Made by a program: the position numbers and the translations under genes. Shown one piece after another: positions 29,044 to 38,502 of a stretch of 64,000 nucleotides of DNA. The notes below the pieces were generated by a model that did no database searches, was not told the origin of the DNA, and saw only the letters and a list, made by a program, of their open reading frames with translations. The stretch is from an uncultured Chloroflexia bacterium (lineage in GTDB: Bacteria > Chloroflexota > Limnocylindria > QHBO01), in NCBI GenBank assembly GCA_963814375.1, contig CAWFCQ010000004.1, forward strand, positions 388,089 through 452,088, written 5' to 3'. Positions within the stretch are counted from its first letter, which is position 1; each line of letters opens with the position of its first letter.

Positions 29044-29558
29044 GGGGGCGGCTGAGCGGACCGCTGCCGGCCGTCGCTCACGGTCAGGTACAGCACGAGC
29101 AGGCCGATCCCGACCACCACGGACGCATCGGCCACGTTGAACGTCGGGAACCGGATGTCGCCGATCCCCACGCTCACGAAGTCGACCACGTAGCCCAGCC
29201 GGAGCCGATCGGTCAGGTTGCCGAGTGTGCCGGCCAGGATCATGCCGAGCACGACGTGGATCCAGGGGCTGCGGTCGCGGAAGGCGCGGAAGAAGTAGCC
29301 GACCATGACGAGCGCCAGCAGGGTGACCGGCAGGAAGAGCCAGATCGCGCCGGGCAGGATGCTGAACGCCGCACCGGTGTTGCGAACGTGCCAGATGCGG
29401 ACGAAGTCACCGCCGATGAGGTTGACCGTCGCGCCATACGGGATGGTCGCCACCACGACGGCCTTCGACACCTGGTCGGCGACATAGAGGGCTGCCGCCG
29501 TGCCGCCCAGCACCAGCGCAGGCCTCACGAACGCGTCGCGATGGGTGCCGGCCTCCAC
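29040..29558 (-). CDS. lspA: Lipoprotein signal peptidase
   Basis: DQ.SK, NTGAAFS, GNL.DR, VVDF, FNVAD. Confidence 0.96.
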   Translation of the reverse strand: MEAGTHRDAFVRPALVLGGTAAALYVADQVSKAVVVATIPYGATVNLIGGDFVRIWHVRNTGAAFSILPGAIWLFLPVTLLALVMVGYFFRAFRDRSPWIHVVLGMILAGTLGNLTDRLRLGYVVDFVSVGIGDIRFPTFNVADASVVVGIGLLVLYLTVSDGRQRSAQPPP

Positions 29559-29583
29559 CGCCTCACTCTAGCCGACGACGCCC

Positions 29584-32500
29584 TCAGGCGCGGGCCACCG
29601 CGAGATCGAGCTCGACTCCGTCGAGCGATACGCTCTCGCGCCGATCGGCCTGGTCGAGGCTCGCTCCCGGACCCAGGTCCACGGCAGTCGCCAGCAGCTC
29701 ATCCGCCAGCCAGCCACGATGGGCCTCGAGGCGCGCCACGGCCTCCGCGCTGCCCGCGATGGCAACGCGAACGCGGTCGCTGATCTCGTACCCGGCCGTC
29801 CGCCGCAGGGCCTGGAGGCGATGCGCCACCTCGCGCGCCATGCCCTCCGCCTCGAGGTCGTCGTCGATCGTCGTGTCGAGCGCGACGAGCAGGTCGCCGT
29901 CCTCCGCCACGGCGTGCCCCGGCCGGGCGCGCGCGGTGAGCTCGAACTCGTCGGCCCGCAGTGTCACGCCGCCGACGGACACGGTGCCGTCGCCCTCCAG
30001 CGTCCACTCGCCGCTGCGGGCGCCGGCCATGATCGCCCCCACCGCCTTGCCATGGCGCGGGCCGACCACCGGCAGGAGCGGATAGAGGCTGCGCTCGACC
30101 ATCTCGGACTCGTCGGGGATCAGCTCGACGGCCCGGACGTTGAGCTCCTCGGTCACCTCGGCAGCCAGCTCCCTGGCCACATCGGCATCCGGGCTGAAGG
30201 CTCCGCGGGCAGCTTGTGGCAGCTTGACGCGCACCGCGTGCAGCGGCTGCCGGGTCCGGATCTCGGCCGCAGACCGTGCGGCGCGGCCGAGCGTCACCGT
30301 CCGGCGCGCCAGCGACACGGCCGCTTCGATCGCGGCGTCGACGCGCTCCGGCATCGGCGCCGGCGCATCCGACAGGTGGACGCTGTCGGGGCGGGCGGGG
30401 TCGACCTCGGCCACGAGGTTGGCCCACATGGCATCGGCGAGGTGCGGGGTGAAAGGCGCCAGCAGAGCGCTCAGCGTGGTGAGAACCTCGTGGAGGGTGG
30501 CGTAGGCGGCGCGCTTGTCGGCGTCGAGCTCGCCCTTCCAGAAGCGGCGGCGGTTGCGACGCACGTACCAGTTGGAGAGGTCGTCGACGAAGCCCTCGAT
30601 CTCGCGGGTGGCGCGCATCGCGTCGTACTCGTCGAGGGCGGCGCGGACGTCGGCGACCAGCGAGGCGAGCCGCGACAGGATCCAGCGGTCGAGGAGCGTG
30701 CGGGCGCCGTCGACACCATCGGCCTGGTCGGGGGTCCAGCCGTCGATGCGAGCGTAGGTCACCAGGAACCCGTAGGTGTTCCAGAGCGGCAGGAAGAAGC
30801 GGCGCACGACCTCGTGCCCGGGGCCGTAGCCGAAGCGAAGGTTGGCGGCGGGGTTGGCCGCCGCGTACATCCAGCGCATGACGTCGGCGCCGATGCGGTC
30901 CGCAGCCTCCTCGAACTCGATCGAGTTCCCCTTCGACTTGTGCATCTCCTCGCCGTTCTCGTCGAGCAGCAGGGCGTAGCCGAAGAGCGACCTGGCCGGA
31001 GCGCGACCGGTCATGATCGTGCTCATCGTGAGCAGCGCGTAGAACCAGTTGCGGAACTGACCGGGGAACGACTCGCTGATCCAATCGGCCGGGTACCACT
31101 CCTCCCAGTGGGTGCGGTCGGTGTTCCAGCCGAGGGTCGAGAGCCCGACGATCCCGGCATCCAGCCACGGGTTGCCGACATCGGTCGTTCGGCGCGCGGG
31201 CCCGCCGCACGAGGTACAGGCGATCTCGACCGCGTCGACCCACGGCCGGTGCGGCGAGTGTCCGTCGAACTCCTCCCATCCCGCCACGGCGCGCTCGTGC
31301 AGCTCGTCCTTCGAGCCGATGACCTCCCACGCCTCGCAGTCGGCGCACTCCCAGATGGGCAGCGCCAGGCCGTAGTAGCGCTTCTTGCTGATCATCCAGT
31401 CGCCCATGTTTCGCAGCCAGTCGAGCTCACGCTCCTCGAGGCCGATGCCGGGCGGCAGCCAGGTCATCGAGCGCGTCGATTCGCCGATTGGACCGCGAAG
31501 CGGATCCATGGCGATGAACCACTCGTCGACGAGCCGGAAGATGAGCTGGGTGCCGCAACGCCAGCAATGCGGGTAGGAGTGGGTGTAGGTCTCCTTCGCG
31601 ACCAGCAGGCCCTTTGCGTCGAGGTCGGCGACGACGTCGCGGGCAAGGTCCTGGGCGGGGTCCTCGGTGGCGCCGGCGTAGCGGCCGCTCTGCCAGCCGA
31701 ACCCCTCGCCGAAGACTCCGAACTGGTCGATCGGGTCGATGACTGCCAGACCGAATGCCTTGCTGAGCGCGAAGTCCTCCTGTCCGCAGCCCGGGGCGAT
31801 GTGGACGATGCCAGTGCCCTCGACGTCCGAGACCTCGTCCCACGGGATGACCCGATGCGCGACCCCAGCGGCGACCGGCAGGTCATCGAAGGGCCCGGTG
31901 TAGGTGAGGTCCACCAGGTCCGCGCCGTTCGCCTCACGCACCACCACTGCCTCACCGGCGACGCGCGCCTTCGAGCCGGCCGACACCCACCACCGGCGCC
32001 CGTCGTTCCCCTCCACGAGCTGGTAGGTGAGCGCGGGATGGACGGCCGCGGCCACATTGCTCGACAGCGTCCACGGGGTGGTGGTCCACACCAGCAGGTC
32101 CTCGCCATCGTGGCCGTCGCTCGTGATCGGCAGACGCAGGACGACCGACAGATGCTTGACGTCCGCGTAGCCCTCGGCGGCTTCCATATTGCTGATGCCG
32201 GTCCCGCAGCGCGGGCACCACGGCATGACGTCGTGGCCGCGGTAGAGCAGGCCGCGACGATGGCACTCGGCCAGGAACGCCCAGATTGTGTAGTTGTTCT
32301 CGTCGGAGTTCGTGTAGTAGCTGTTGTCCCAGTTCATCCAGTAGCCGAGCCGCTTGCTCTGCTCCGTCTGGATGCCGGCGTACTTCTCGACGCGCGCCTT
32401 GCACAGCTCGACGAAGCGATCGATCCCGAACTCCTCGATCTGTCGCTTGTTGTTGAATCCCAGCTCGCGCTCGACGTTGACCTCGATCCAGAGGCCCTGG

Positions 32501-32763
32501 CAGTCGAAGCCGTTCTGGTACCGCTGCCGCTCGCCGAGCATGGTGTGATAGCGCTGGTACAGGTCCTTGTAGGTCCGGCCCCAGGCGTGATGCACGCCCA
32601 TCGGGTTGTTGGCGGTGATCGGACCATCGATGAAGCTGAAGCGGCGGTCCGACTCGGCATTGCGACCCAGATATCGGGCCATCGTGTCGCGCGCGCGCCA
32701 GCGCTCGATCATCTCGCGCTCGAGCGCGGGGACATCCAGCTTGCTGTCGACCGGCTTGAACAC
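29584..32763 (-). CDS. ileS: Isoleucine--tRNA ligase (type 2-like; GVHH and EMHKS signature variants)
   Basis: DGP.TAN, GFDCQGL, WTTTPWTL, GTGIVHIAP, HSYPHCWRC, SNWYVRRNRRRFW; adjacent to lspA. Confidence 0.95.
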   Translation of the reverse strand: MFKPVDSKLDVPALEREMIERWRARDTMARYLGRNAESDRRFSFIDGPITANNPMGVHHAWGRTYKDLYQRYHTMLGERQRYQNGFDCQGLWIEVNVERELGFNNKRQIEEFGIDRFVELCKARVEKYAGIQTEQSKRLGYWMNWDNSYYTNSDENNYTIWAFLAECHRRGLLYRGHDVMPWCPRCGTGISNMEAAEGYADVKHLSVVLRLPITSDGHDGEDLLVWTTTPWTLSSNVAAAVHPALTYQLVEGNDGRRWWVSAGSKARVAGEAVVVREANGADLVDLTYTGPFDDLPVAAGVAHRVIPWDEVSDVEGTGIVHIAPGCGQEDFALSKAFGLAVIDPIDQFGVFGEGFGWQSGRYAGATEDPAQDLARDVVADLDAKGLLVAKETYTHSYPHCWRCGTQLIFRLVDEWFIAMDPLRGPIGESTRSMTWLPPGIGLEERELDWLRNMGDWMISKKRYYGLALPIWECADCEAWEVIGSKDELHERAVAGWEEFDGHSPHRPWVDAVEIACTSCGGPARRTTDVGNPWLDAGIVGLSTLGWNTDRTHWEEWYPADWISESFPGQFRNWFYALLTMSTIMTGRAPARSLFGYALLLDENGEEMHKSKGNSIEFEEAADRIGADVMRWMYAAANPAANLRFGYGPGHEVVRRFFLPLWNTYGFLVTYARIDGWTPDQADGVDGARTLLDRWILSRLASLVADVRAALDEYDAMRATREIEGFVDDLSNWYVRRNRRRFWKGELDADKRAAYATLHEVLTTLSALLAPFTPHLADAMWANLVAEVDPARPDSVHLSDAPAPMPERVDAAIEAAVSLARRTVTLGRAARSAAEIRTRQPLHAVRVKLPQAARGAFSPDADVARELAAEVTEELNVRAVELIPDESEMVERSLYPLLPVVGPRHGKAVGAIMAGARSGEWTLEGDGTVSVGGVTLRADEFELTARARPGHAVAEDGDLLVALDTTIDDDLEAEGMAREVAHRLQALRRTAGYEISDRVRVAIAGSAEAVARLEAHRGWLADELLATAVDLGPGASLDQADRRESVSLDGVELDLAVARA

Positions 32764-32782
32764 GGGTGCTCCCGAAGATATG

Positions 32783-32813
32783 AAAAAACCCGCCCCGACG
32801 GTCCGGGACGAGG
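32783..32813 (-). terminator. Intrinsic terminator hairpin immediately upstream of ileS
   Basis: CCTCGTCCCGG-accg-TCGGGGCGGG-TTTTTT on minus strand. Confidence 0.8.
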
Positions 32814-32880
32814 AACGAGGTCCGACGGCAGTCCCGTGACGCTCGCGCGTCCTGTGGAGCGGCGTTCGGCGCGGGGCGCG

Positions 32881-32909
32881 ATCGTCGCAGCGGCGGCCGC
32901 GACTGTCAA
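32881..32909 (-). promoter_or_regulatory. Putative sigma70 promoter for ileS leader
   Basis: TTGACA-17 nt-GACGAT. Confidence 0.5.
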
Positions 32910-34031
32910 TCAGCCGCCGATCAGCGCGCGTCCCACGAAGACCGAGGCGGCAAGCCCGCCCGCGACGACGACGCCGACGATCCTCGGCCAGAAGGCAAGG
33001 GCCATGACGGCGCCGAGCGATGTGCCCGGGCCTGCCAGCACGAGCGCGAGCGAGGTGATGCGCGCGAGGTCGGTCCCAGACTCGGGTATCCGCCCCATCG
33101 CCAGGCCGGCGCCCCACGCGATCCCGGCGCCGAGCAGCGGCAGCAGGACGAGCACGGCACCGGGGCGCGGTCGCCGCTGGCCCCGGCGTCCCACCTTCGG
33201 CGGTGCGTCGCGTCGCCGGCGACGGGAGATGACCTCCGGCTCCTCGGCCGGCGCCGCCGGTGCGACCGCCAAGCTGGCGGCAGCACGCTCTGCCTCCGCC
33301 GCCGCTGCCGCCTCGGCCGCGAGGTCGGCCTCCCGCTGATCGGCCAGGCGCTGTTCCAGCTGCGCGCGCTCGATCCCGGTGAGCGTGGTAGGCGCTTCGT
33401 CGGGTTCGGCCCGCACCGCCTCGGGTTCGGGCGCCGATGCGGCTTCGGGCGCCGTGGGCGGCGGCTCGACGGCGGGGGCCGCGTCCGCCAGCTCGTCGAG
33501 GCGACGCCGTGCGCGGGCGGCCCGCGACAGTGCCTCGATCAGATCCTGGTCGCTGATGGGCGCGATGGCGAGCCGACCACGCTCCGTCGGGACGAGGATC
33601 GCGGTGGCGGTAGGAGCCAGCCGCACGATCTCGATCCCCTCCTCGTCGCGGAGCCGCGCACCACCGATTCCGAACAGGCGCGCGCCGATGCCGCGGCGCA
33701 GCCGCGAGGCGTTGTCGCCCTTGAACCGGACGCGAGTTACCGGGCCCGGGGTGAGGACGTAGGTGCGGCCACCGCCGAGCCAGGCGACCCTGACGGCGGA
33801 CTCCTCCACATCGAGGTGGATGCTGAGCACGACCATCGCCCAGAGGACGGCGACCACGACCAGGAGGCCGCCCATGCCCGCCACGACCAGGCCGACGAGA
33901 CCACCGGCAACCAGGATTCCCGCCGCCACGGCCGCGCCGCCGCCGGCCAGCAGCAGGAATGGAAGGGCGAGGGTGCGCCAGGCGGACCGGGCGAGGCGGA
34001 TGCGGGCGATGGGCGGCACGCCGTCAGACAC
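32910..34031 (-). CDS. Hypothetical membrane protein (N- and C-terminal TM helices, possible bacterial PH domain)
   Basis: Hydrophobic segments, operon-like spacing between GT2 gene and ileS. Confidence 0.7.
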   Translation of the reverse strand: MSDGVPPIARIRLARSAWRTLALPFLLLAGGGAAVAAGILVAGGLVGLVVAGMGGLLVVVAVLWAMVVLSIHLDVEESAVRVAWLGGGRTYVLTPGPVTRVRFKGDNASRLRRGIGARLFGIGGARLRDEEGIEIVRLAPTATAILVPTERGRLAIAPISDQDLIEALSRAARARRRLDELADAAPAVEPPPTAPEAASAPEPEAVRAEPDEAPTTLTGIERAQLEQRLADQREADLAAEAAAAAEAERAAASLAVAPAAPAEEPEVISRRRRRDAPPKVGRRGQRRPRPGAVLVLLPLLGAGIAWGAGLAMGRIPESGTDLARITSLALVLAGPGTSLGAVMALAFWPRIVGVVVAGGLAASVFVGRALIGG

Positions 34032-34034
34032 GGC

Positions 34035-35699
34035 TTACGCCTTCTCGGTGACGCGGTACTCGAGGTAGCGACCCGTCAGCAGGCGGGTCTGCGCGTCGAG
34101 CGCGGGGAGGCAGCTGAAGACGATGCCGACGAACGGAAGGGCGAACCATTGGACGTAGCTGATGAACCGCTGCCATGGACTCCACGCTGCGGGGCGCGGC
34201 GGCACGATCCTGTGCTCGACGACGATCAGCACGACCAGGCCGCCGAGCGCCATCGACAGCATCATGCTGGCGTAGAAGGGCAGGTTCTGGCCGAGCGTGG
34301 TCTCACGGAATGCCGGATTGATGAGAAGCGGAATCGTCGCCCCGAACGTGATCACGAACGGCGTGATCGCCCAGTTGATGTGCTCGCCGAAGAGGTTGAC
34401 CACGCGCCACACGCGAGACCAGAACGGGATCTCGGGATGCGTGAGCGCGTTCTGGATGACGAACGGGATGTCGGTCACACCCCACGCCCATCGGCGCGCC
34501 TGGAGGTATTGCTCGGCCATGCTCCGCCAGTACGTGCGCGCGCGCACCGCGTCGCCGTAGATCGGCATGAAGAGCGGCACCGCCCGGAAGCGGTCACCGT
34601 AGCGGAAGTAGCTCTTCCAGTAGAAGCGGCTGTCCTCGGGAATCGCATCGGTGGCCCAGTAGCCGATGTCGTGGACGAGGTGCAGCGTGGTCGAGTACGA
34701 GCCGAAGCTCTGGAGCTTCTCGGGCAGCACGCTCCGCCACATCTGGAGCTGTGTCAGCACGGCGGCGAAGAGGCGCTGGAGCACGGGTGCATCCCAGATG
34801 TTGTTGTGGAAGTACGGGATCGGCTGGTAGAGCTGCGTCTCGCGGTTCTCGTCGGTCAGGTGCATCCACGTCAGGTACGAGAAGTACTGCGGATGGACGC
34901 GATAGTCGGCATCGAGGTCGGTGATCATGATGCGGTGCGGGTCCATCCCGCGCTCCCGGACGAGCAACCGATACAGGTAGCGCCCGCCCCACGCCATCGC
35001 GCTGCTCTTGCCGACGACGATCCCCGGTTCGAGCGGGTCGAGGATGTGGATGAACTCGGCGAACGCGTGGCCGAACTCCTCGCGGAGCGTCGCCACGTTC
35101 GCGATTCCGGTGACATCGGTCTCGCGGGTGATGATGGCGCACATCTTCCGCTCGGTGGGCCATTCCGCCTCGGCGAGCGCACGGACGGTGTGACGCAGCT
35201 TCTCGAGCGGCTCGGTGTAGGTCGGAATGAGCGCCAGGTGCGTGAGATCGGCGGCCTCCGGCGGACCCGACGGCGACTCGTCGATGGCGCGAATGCCGGC
35301 CAGCTCGTCGGTGATCCGGCGGCGGTCGTCCCGGCCGAAGCCCCCGAGCGCGGTGAAACCGAGGGCGCCGCGTGGGAGATTGCCGGACGGGCCGGACAGA
35401 ATCGCTTCGAGCGCCGCGCGCCTTCCCCGCCGATCGACCAGGCCGGCGATCCGCGCCGTCCAGTCCACCGCCCGAACGCGTCGGATTCGGCCGTAGGCGA
35501 CGATCACGGCGCTGCTGAACCAGAGCGCCCGGCACATCCAATAGAAGTTGAAGCTGAGCACGAAGTAGGCGACGAGCTCCGGATAGCTGAAGCTCAGCCA
35601 GATCGGGAGGATCAGCACCGCCCACGAAATCGTGCCGGGCACCATCTCGAGCAGCCGGCCGAGCCAGCGGTATCGGTCGCGGGGATCCGGGTCTGTCAT
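34035..35699 (-). CDS. Multi-TM glycosyltransferase family 2
   Basis: IPTY.E, GKS, DLDAD, ED, QARRW motif, flanking TM helices. Confidence 0.85.
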   Translation of the reverse strand: MTDPDPRDRYRWLGRLLEMVPGTISWAVLILPIWLSFSYPELVAYFVLSFNFYWMCRALWFSSAVIVAYGRIRRVRAVDWTARIAGLVDRRGRRAALEAILSGPSGNLPRGALGFTALGGFGRDDRRRITDELAGIRAIDESPSGPPEAADLTHLALIPTYTEPLEKLRHTVRALAEAEWPTERKMCAIITRETDVTGIANVATLREEFGHAFAEFIHILDPLEPGIVVGKSSAMAWGGRYLYRLLVRERGMDPHRIMITDLDADYRVHPQYFSYLTWMHLTDENRETQLYQPIPYFHNNIWDAPVLQRLFAAVLTQLQMWRSVLPEKLQSFGSYSTTLHLVHDIGYWATDAIPEDSRFYWKSYFRYGDRFRAVPLFMPIYGDAVRARTYWRSMAEQYLQARRWAWGVTDIPFVIQNALTHPEIPFWSRVWRVVNLFGEHINWAITPFVITFGATIPLLINPAFRETTLGQNLPFYASMMLSMALGGLVVLIVVEHRIVPPRPAAWSPWQRFISYVQWFALPFVGIVFSCLPALDAQTRLLTGRYLEYRVTEKA

Positions 35700-35759
35700 G
35701 CCGTGTCGCCTTCGGCCGCGCGACCGATGGCGACCGTGCCGATCGTCGCGCCGCCGTCC

Positions 35760-36722
35760 CTAGTAGACGGGGGTGAGCCAGTCGCGGTAGGCCGGGAGCC
35801 GTCCGCGTACCGCGTCGAAGTATGTCCGAGAAAGCTCGCGCGTGATCGGGCCGGGCTTTCCGTTGGCGATCGTCCGACGGTCGATCTCGATCACCGGGCT
35901 GATCTGCGCCCCCGTTCCACAAAGCAGGACCTCGTCCGCCGAGTAGAGCTCGGTCCTGTCGATCGAGCGCACGACGACCTCGCAGCCGATGTCGTTACGC
36001 GCCATGGCGATCAGGCGCCCGCGGGTGATCCCCTCCAGGATGTTGTCGGTGATCGGCGGGGTGAGGAGAACGCCGTCCTTGACGAGGAAGAGGTTCTCGG
36101 CGCTGCCCTCGCTGACATGCCCATCGGCCGTCAGAACGATCGCCTCGTCGAACCCGTTGAGCTGCGCCTCGCTCTTGGCCAGCGCACCGTTGACATACGC
36201 CCCCGTGATCTTGCCGCGCGCCGGGATGGCGTTGTCGTCGGTTCTCCGCCACGTGCTGACCTGGGCGCGAATCCCACCCTCGGTGTCGATGTACTGGCCG
36301 AACGGAACGCCGAAGATCACGATGTCGGCGTCGAGGTTGTGAAGCCGCACGCCGATCGTCTCGGAGCTCTTGTACACGATCGGCCGAAGGTAGACGTCCT
36401 CGCGCAGCCCATCACGACGAAGGAGCTCGACAGTGATCTCGGCGAGCTCCTCGGGCGAGTGTCGGACCTCCATCATCAGGAGGCGGGCGGAGTGATGAAT
36501 CCGCCGGAAGTGAGGTACGAGCTCGAGGCCGAAGAGCTGATCCTGCTCGGCGTTCCAGTACGCGCGGATCCCCTCGAAGACGGCCGTCCCGTAGTTGAAG
36601 CCGTGCGTCATGACGTTGATGTTCGCCTCGCGGAGCGGGACGAACTCGCCACGGAAGAACGCCCACAGCTCGGTGGTCGTCTCCACCGCTGCTGCCTGCG
36701 GTCTGCTCTCCTGCTTCAGCAC
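35760..36722 (-). CDS. ilvE: Branched-chain amino acid aminotransferase
   Basis: YGT.VFEGIRAY, K..G.Y, EGS.EN.F, LEGITR, GTGA. Confidence 0.95.
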   Translation of the reverse strand: MLKQESRPQAAAVETTTELWAFFRGEFVPLREANINVMTHGFNYGTAVFEGIRAYWNAEQDQLFGLELVPHFRRIHHSARLLMMEVRHSPEELAEITVELLRRDGLREDVYLRPIVYKSSETIGVRLHNLDADIVIFGVPFGQYIDTEGGIRAQVSTWRRTDDNAIPARGKITGAYVNGALAKSEAQLNGFDEAIVLTADGHVSEGSAENLFLVKDGVLLTPPITDNILEGITRGRLIAMARNDIGCEVVVRSIDRTELYSADEVLLCGTGAQISPVIEIDRRTIANGKPGPITRELSRTYFDAVRGRLPAYRDWLTPVY

Positions 36723-36821
36723 TCTGGCCTCCTAGCGATGGCGTTCAACGCCGGTGAAGTATACCCGCGAGAGACCTCTCGGACGCTCGCGGGGCGAGCA
36801 AGGTTGCGGAATCAGTGGCGA

Positions 36822-37946
36822 TCAATGGGTGGGTGACGCACCGATGCCGAGCGGCGTGAACAGCGCGAGGTAGACGTAGAGCAGGTACAGCGGGCCGCCG
36901 ATGAGCAGCGTCCATGCCGAGAGTCGCCCGGTCCGCATCATGTTGCCGAAGATGATCAGCGTCGCCAGGATGGCGACGCCGGCAGACGCGAAGCTGATGG
37001 CGCTCTCCGCCGTGAAGACCCAGCTCGTGAAGAGCAGGCCGAGCACGGTCGGCAGGCAGCTCTGGAACACCATCGCGCCGGTGATGTTTCCCATCGCCAG
37101 GGTGTCCTTGCCGTTTCGTACCCAGAGCACGCTGTTGAACTTCTCGGGTAGCTCGGTGGCGATGGGGGCAATGATGAGCGCCAGGATCGTCGGGTCCAGC
37201 CCGATCTGCGTCGACAGGTGCTCGACCGCACCCACGAAGACCTGGGCCCCGATCACGATCAGCGCCAGGGCCACCACGACCTGGCTGACGATGATGCGCA
37301 TGCGCGGATGAGCGCCCTCGACCTCCCACTCGTCACGCTCGTTGGGCAGGATGTCGATGTCGAGCGTGTGCGGGCCGGCCATCCCCGGCAGCCGCGTTGC
37401 GTGAAGCGTGTTGAGGTCCGCCGCATCGCCCTCCTCCGCGGCATCGCTGAAGTGAAGTCGCACGTAGACGGCGTACAGGATCACCAGGCCAACCGCCGCA
37501 ACGACCTTGAGCCATTGGAGCTCCGACGGCAGAAAGGCAGTGCCGATGGCGATCGAGTAGCCGACGATGAAGAAGGCGACGTCGCGGCCGAGGATCGGGA
37601 CGCTGACCCGCATCTGGGTCCCACGTCGACCGCGGCGCGTGTAGATCACGATCGCGATGCCGGTGACGAACATCGCCAGGGTGCTGAGCATGAAGGGTGC
37701 GCCGAGGATCGCGCCGACGCCGATGGCATGGGACGCCTCGGGATCCCCGCCGAAGAGCACCGGTCCCAGGATCGCGATGACCGGGATGAGCGTCTCCGGC
37801 ATCGCCGTCGCCACGGCCGCCAGGACGCTTCCGACGGCTCCCTCCGCCAGGTTGAGCTTGTGGCCGAACCACTCGATTCCATTCGTGAACAGCTCGGCGG
37901 CGACCAGGATCACCCCGAGCGATACGAGAAGCAGGACGATGTCCAC
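36822..37946 (-). CDS. Sodium/calcium (CaCA/YrbG-like) cation antiporter
   Basis: Two alpha repeats: AVATAMPE..., PIATELPEKFNS..., GNITGA. Confidence 0.88.
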   Translation of the reverse strand: MDIVLLLVSLGVILVAAELFTNGIEWFGHKLNLAEGAVGSVLAAVATAMPETLIPVIAILGPVLFGGDPEASHAIGVGAILGAPFMLSTLAMFVTGIAIVIYTRRGRRGTQMRVSVPILGRDVAFFIVGYSIAIGTAFLPSELQWLKVVAAVGLVILYAVYVRLHFSDAAEEGDAADLNTLHATRLPGMAGPHTLDIDILPNERDEWEVEGAHPRMRIIVSQVVVALALIVIGAQVFVGAVEHLSTQIGLDPTILALIIAPIATELPEKFNSVLWVRNGKDTLAMGNITGAMVFQSCLPTVLGLLFTSWVFTAESAISFASAGVAILATLIIFGNMMRTGRLSAWTLLIGGPLYLLYVYLALFTPLGIGASPTH

Positions 37947-38003
37947 GGTGACCTCTACCCTCCAGGATCCCCGGTCGCCGCGGTGCGGCATGCCGGTGAT
38001 GGA

Positions 38004-38116
38004 TGGCCGAAGGTCTCTCCTCCCGGCCGTTGGACGGGCCGGGCGGCGTCACCGGGCGGGATCCGACCCACCGTCCTGACGATGACGCCGATCAGGGGAT
38101 ACTCCCCCTCGGGCCG
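38004..38116 (-). ncRNA. yybP-ykoY (Mn2+-sensing) riboswitch
   Basis: Minus strand GGGGAGTA...CGTCAGGACG...CCGG...GAGACCTT, the conserved yybP-ykoY blocks in order, in the 5' leader of a cation transporter. Confidence 0.85.
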
Positions 38117-38145
38117 CTGGAGTGTCGCCGACCCGGTCGGGCCGG

Positions 38146-38502
38146 TCAACTCGCCGCTCCCAGGACGACCGCGATGGCGAGGCTGCCCGCGAGGAGGGCG
38201 AGCGCCACCAGCGAGGCGATCGCATTGCGGCGCTCCCCGAGCGGCCACAGGGTCACGGCGCAGATGGCAAGGACGACGCCGGGAATGAGCGTGAGGGCCA
38301 GCAGCCCGATACCGACGAGCGCATCGGCGCCGCCGCCGCCGATCATCTCGGTCAGCGGCGTCGGTCCCGCGGGCGTTCCCGCTCCGGCCAGGCCGGCAAC
38401 GAAGCCGATCCCGATGAGGGCCATCGCGGCGAGGGTTCCGACTCGCAGCGTCAGCGCGATGCGGCGACCGAGCTGGCCCTGGTCGGGGCGCGGAGCCGTC
38501 AC
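38146..38502 (-). CDS. DUF1634-like small membrane protein
   Basis: LRVG, GLL.L.L.P, three TM segments; coupled to the TauE/SafE gene. Confidence 0.72.
   Translation of the reverse strand: MTAPRPDQGQLGRRIALTLRVGTLAAMALIGIGFVAGLAGAGTPAGPTPLTEMIGGGGADALVGIGLLALTLIPGVVLAICAVTLWPLGERRNAIASLVALALLAGSLAIAVVLGAAS

Noticed and set aside
32764-32909. Canonical T-box riboswitch upstream of ileS
   Set aside because: No UGGN-ACC antiterminator bulge or specifier stem visible; kept only as an atypical leader
29719-33339. Very long + strand ORFs (also 3301..5877, 24898..27495, 33816..36836)
   Set aside because: Antisense shadows of real minus-strand genes, expected in high-GC DNA; no recognisable motifs
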